A DNA stretch of 64,000 nt. It comes from Spirochaetia bacterium (GTDB lineage: Bacteria > Spirochaetota > Spirochaetia > SZUA-6 > Bin103). Every line of letters begins with the position of its first letter. The stretch's first letter is position 1. The DNA lies in contig OZ241863.1 of the NCBI GenBank assembly GCA_965203055.1, forward strand, positions 2,720,001 through 2,784,000, given 5' to 3'. Shown piece after piece: positions 61,365 through 64,000 of this stretch. Below the pieces are notes generated by a model. The model searched no databases and was not told where the DNA came from. It saw nothing but the letters and a program-made list of their open reading frames with translations. The position numbers and the translations under genes are program-made.

Positions 61365-62392
61365 ATGCCCCGCGAACTGATAGCGCCCGCACGCGAGCAG
61401 GTTGCGTTTCGCGACTACCCGAGTGAACCGCTTGCGCCCGACCAGATTCGGGTGCGCAGCCAGTTCGGGGCCGCCAAGCACGGCACCGAGATGGCGCTGT
61501 ACAAGGGTTACGGCCTGCCGCGCGGGCGCTACGACCGGGAACTTGGCATCTTCACCGGCGGGGCGGAGCCCCAGCAGGAGTTCCCGCGGTCCTCGGAAAC
61601 ATGTGCGTCGGCGAGGTGATCGAGACCGGCAGCGCCGTGACCGGGCCGCGCCGCGGCGACCGGGTGTTCGCGCACGGCGGATTCCGCCAGGAACAGGTGT
61701 GGCCGGCCGACCGGGTGCGGGTGCTGCCGGAGGGCGTGTCGTGGCAGGCGGCCACCTGCCTCGACCCTGCCGACTTCGCGCTCGGCGCCGTGCGCGACGG
61801 CCACGTGCGCATCGGGGACGCGGTGGCGGTATTTGGCATGGGCGCCATCGGTCTGATGGCGCTGCAGCTCGCGCGGCTGGCGGGGGCGCGCCCGGTCATC
61901 GCCGTGGATCCCATTCCGCTGCGCCGCGCGGTGGCGCGCGAGCTCGGCGCCGACCTCACGCTCGACCCGGGCGCCGGCGACGCCGGCAAGGAGATCCGCC
62001 TGGCGACGGCGCGGCGCGGCGCCGACGTGTGCATCGAATACAGCGGCCACTACCGGGGGCTGCAGGCGGCGCTGCGCGGCGTATGCTATCTGGGCACGGT
62101 GGTGGCCGGCGCCTTTCCCGGCGCCTATCCCGCCGGTCTGGACCTGGGTGCCGAGGCGCACTTCAACCGCCCCAACATCGTGTTCTCGCGCGCCTGTTCC
62201 GAACCCAACCCCGATTACCCCAACTGGGACGAGGCGCGGCTGTTCGAAATCTCCTGGCGCCTGCTCTGCGACGGCAGTCTGAATTGCGATCCGGTGGTGC
62301 AGCCGGTGGTCGCCTTCGACGACCTGGTCGCCGAATACCCCAAGATCGCGGCCGCGCCGGAACGGAACGTCAAGCTCGGCGTGCGCTTCTAA
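61365..62392 (+). pseudogene. Zinc-binding/MDR-family dehydrogenase with a 1-nt frameshift near 61590
   Basis: MPRELIAP...KHGTE...EFPR in one frame; LGNMCVGEV...VFGMGAIG...DVCIEYSG continues in the -1 frame. Confidence 0.8.
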
Positions 62393-62503
62393 GAAAGGCG
62401 GATCTCCTCGCATGCGCAGCAACGCCGGCGGCGGGGGCGCGGCGTAGTGGGCCGGAGTCCGCGCGACGCGCCGTTCGCGGCCAGCGGCGGCGGCGCGGGG
62501 GTG

Positions 62504-64000
62504 ATGAGCAAGCCGCGTTGGCGGCCGGCGGCCGATTTCCTGGCCGCGCGCGGCGCGGCGCTCGCGCTCATCGCGTTCGTGGCGGTGGGCGCCGTGATCC
62601 TCGACGACTACGGCGTGTCATGGGATGAGCAGTGGTTCCGCATCATCGGCCGGGCGGTGGTCGACTACGTGCTGGGAGACGGCGAACTGCGGACCGATCA
62701 CAACCGCTACTACGGAGTCGCGCTCGAAGCGCCGCTGATCCTGCTCGAACGGCTGCTGATCGACAGCCGCGCCATCTACCTCAGCCGCCACGTGGCGTCG
62801 CATCTGTTCTTCCTGACCGGCGGCTTCTTCTGCTGGCTGCTGGCGCGCCGCCTGTTCGGCGACCGCCGGCTGGCGCTGTTCGCCCTGCTGCTGTTCCTGC
62901 TCCATCCCCGCCTGTACGCGCACTCCTTCTTCAACAGCCGCGACATCCCCTTCCTGGCCCTGTTCATGGTCGCGCTCTACCTGCTGCAGCGCGCCTTCCG
63001 CCGCGACACCGCGGGCGCGTTCGCGCTCTGCGGGCTGAGCGTCGGCCTGCTGGTCAGCCTGCGCATCATGGGGGTCATGCTGTTCGCCGCGGCGGCGGCG
63101 CTGCGGGCGCTCGACCTGCTGCAGGCGCGCGCGCCGGCGGAGCGGCGGCGCGCGCTGGCCACCGCCGGCGCGTTCGCGCTGGCCGCCGCGGCCACCCTGT
63201 ACGCGGTCTCCCCCTATCTCTGGCGCGACCCGTTGGCCATCGCCGACGCGGTCGCCACGCTGGTCCGGCATCCGTCCCACATCATCACCCTCTTTCAGGG
63301 AGAACCGGTCCGCTGGCCGTGGATACCGCCCCACTACCTGCCCACCTGGATGGCGATCACCACCCCGCCGGCCACGCTGCTGCTGTGCCTGATCGGAGCC
63401 GCGGCCGTGATCGCTCACGGCGCCGCGCGCCCCGGTGACCTGATCCGCAATACCGAGGCGCGCTTCCTGTTCCTGCTGCTCGCCTGCCTGCTGCTCCCGA
63501 TCGCGGCCGTCATGGCGCTGCGCTCCAACCTCTACAACGGTTGGCGCCACATGTACTTCCTGTACGCCCCGCTGTGCCTGCTGGCCGTCTTCGGCCTGCG
63601 CCGGCTGCTGGCCGCCGCTCCCCGTCCTTGGCTGCGGCGCGGCCTCTACGCACTCGCCGCGGCGGCGCTGGCCGGCATGGCGGTCGACATCGCGCGCCTC
63701 CATCCCCATCAACAGGCCTACTTCAACTTCCTGGTCGACCGCCGCACCCCGGAACGCCTGAACACCCGCTATCAGGTGATGTATTGGGGCACCGAGTACC
63801 GGGAAGGGCTGGAGTATCTGCTCGATCGCTATCCCGATGAGCCGCTCTACGTCGACCGGACCTTCGTCTGGAGCCGCAACGTGCACCGCAATGCCTCGAT
63901 CCTGCCCGCCGCCGAGCGGCGCCGGATCGTCATCGCCGACGAAGCGGGACGGGCGGCCGACTTCTTCTTCGCCACCAATTACCGCCACTTCGGACGCGCC
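62504..64000 (+). CDS. GT-C fold membrane glycosyltransferase (GT39/ArnT/PMT_2-like), runs off the window end
   Basis: Manual translation: ILDDYGVSWDE, YYGVALE, HPRLYAHSFFNSRDIPF, PHYLPTW..ITTP, LYNGWRHMYF, HPHQQAYFNFL; many TM segments. Confidence 0.8.
   Translation, partial: MSKPRWRPAADFLAARGAALALIAFVAVGAVILDDYGVSWDEQWFRIIGRAVVDYVLGDGELRTDHNRYYGVALEAPLILLERLLIDSRAIYLSRHVASHLFFLTGGFFCWLLARRLFGDRRLALFALLLFLLHPRLYAHSFFNSRDIPFLALFMVALYLLQRAFRRDTAGAFALCGLSVGLLVSLRIMGVMLFAAAAALRALDLLQARAPAERRRALATAGAFALAAAATLYAVSPYLWRDPLAIADAVATLVRHPSHIITLFQGEPVRWPWIPPHYLPTWMAITTPPATLLLCLIGAAAVIAHGAARPGDLIRNTEARFLFLLLACLLLPIAAVMALRSNLYNGWRHMYFLYAPLCLLAVFGLRRLLAAAPRPWLRRGLYALAAAALAGMAVDIARLHPHQQAYFNFLVDRRTPERLNTRYQVMYWGTEYREGLEYLLDRYPDEPLYVDRTFVWSRNVHRNASILPAAERRRIVIADEAGRAADFFFATNYRHFGRA

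Overview
High-GC bacterial window made of catabolic and transport loci interleaved with stand-alone nuclease, ATPase and methylase genes. Transport and catabolism: three ABC importer loci, two heterodimeric ABC exporter pairs around a sulfatase, two PhyH dioxygenases, ThuA, M81 peptidase, a sugar isomerase, a vanadium haloperoxidase-like enzyme, ADP-ribosylglycohydrolase and a large glycoside hydrolase-like protein. Defence-like or selfish genes: an orphan Dam-like MTase, six P-loop ATPases within 6.6-20.4 kb, an orphan BREX-2 pglX with a lower-GC central region, Uma2, two Rpn copies and three copies or remnants of an HNH gene. The most unusual signals are: (1) an in-frame array of 15-bp palindromic repeats with mostly 27-bp unique spacers inside the HNH gene, whose copies differ by whole repeat-spacer units; (2) a lipoprotein whose 12 GSGYT repeats are mirror-ordered, suggesting a nested hairpin stalk; (3) gene-specific operator arrays in front of AAA_14/DUF4143 ATPases, including 4 x 23 bp; (4) an Uma2-HNH-Rpn tandem duplication with internal RpnS-type antitoxin starts. 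No rRNA, tRNA or canonical CRISPR array was seen. All family calls come from motif recognition, not database searches.
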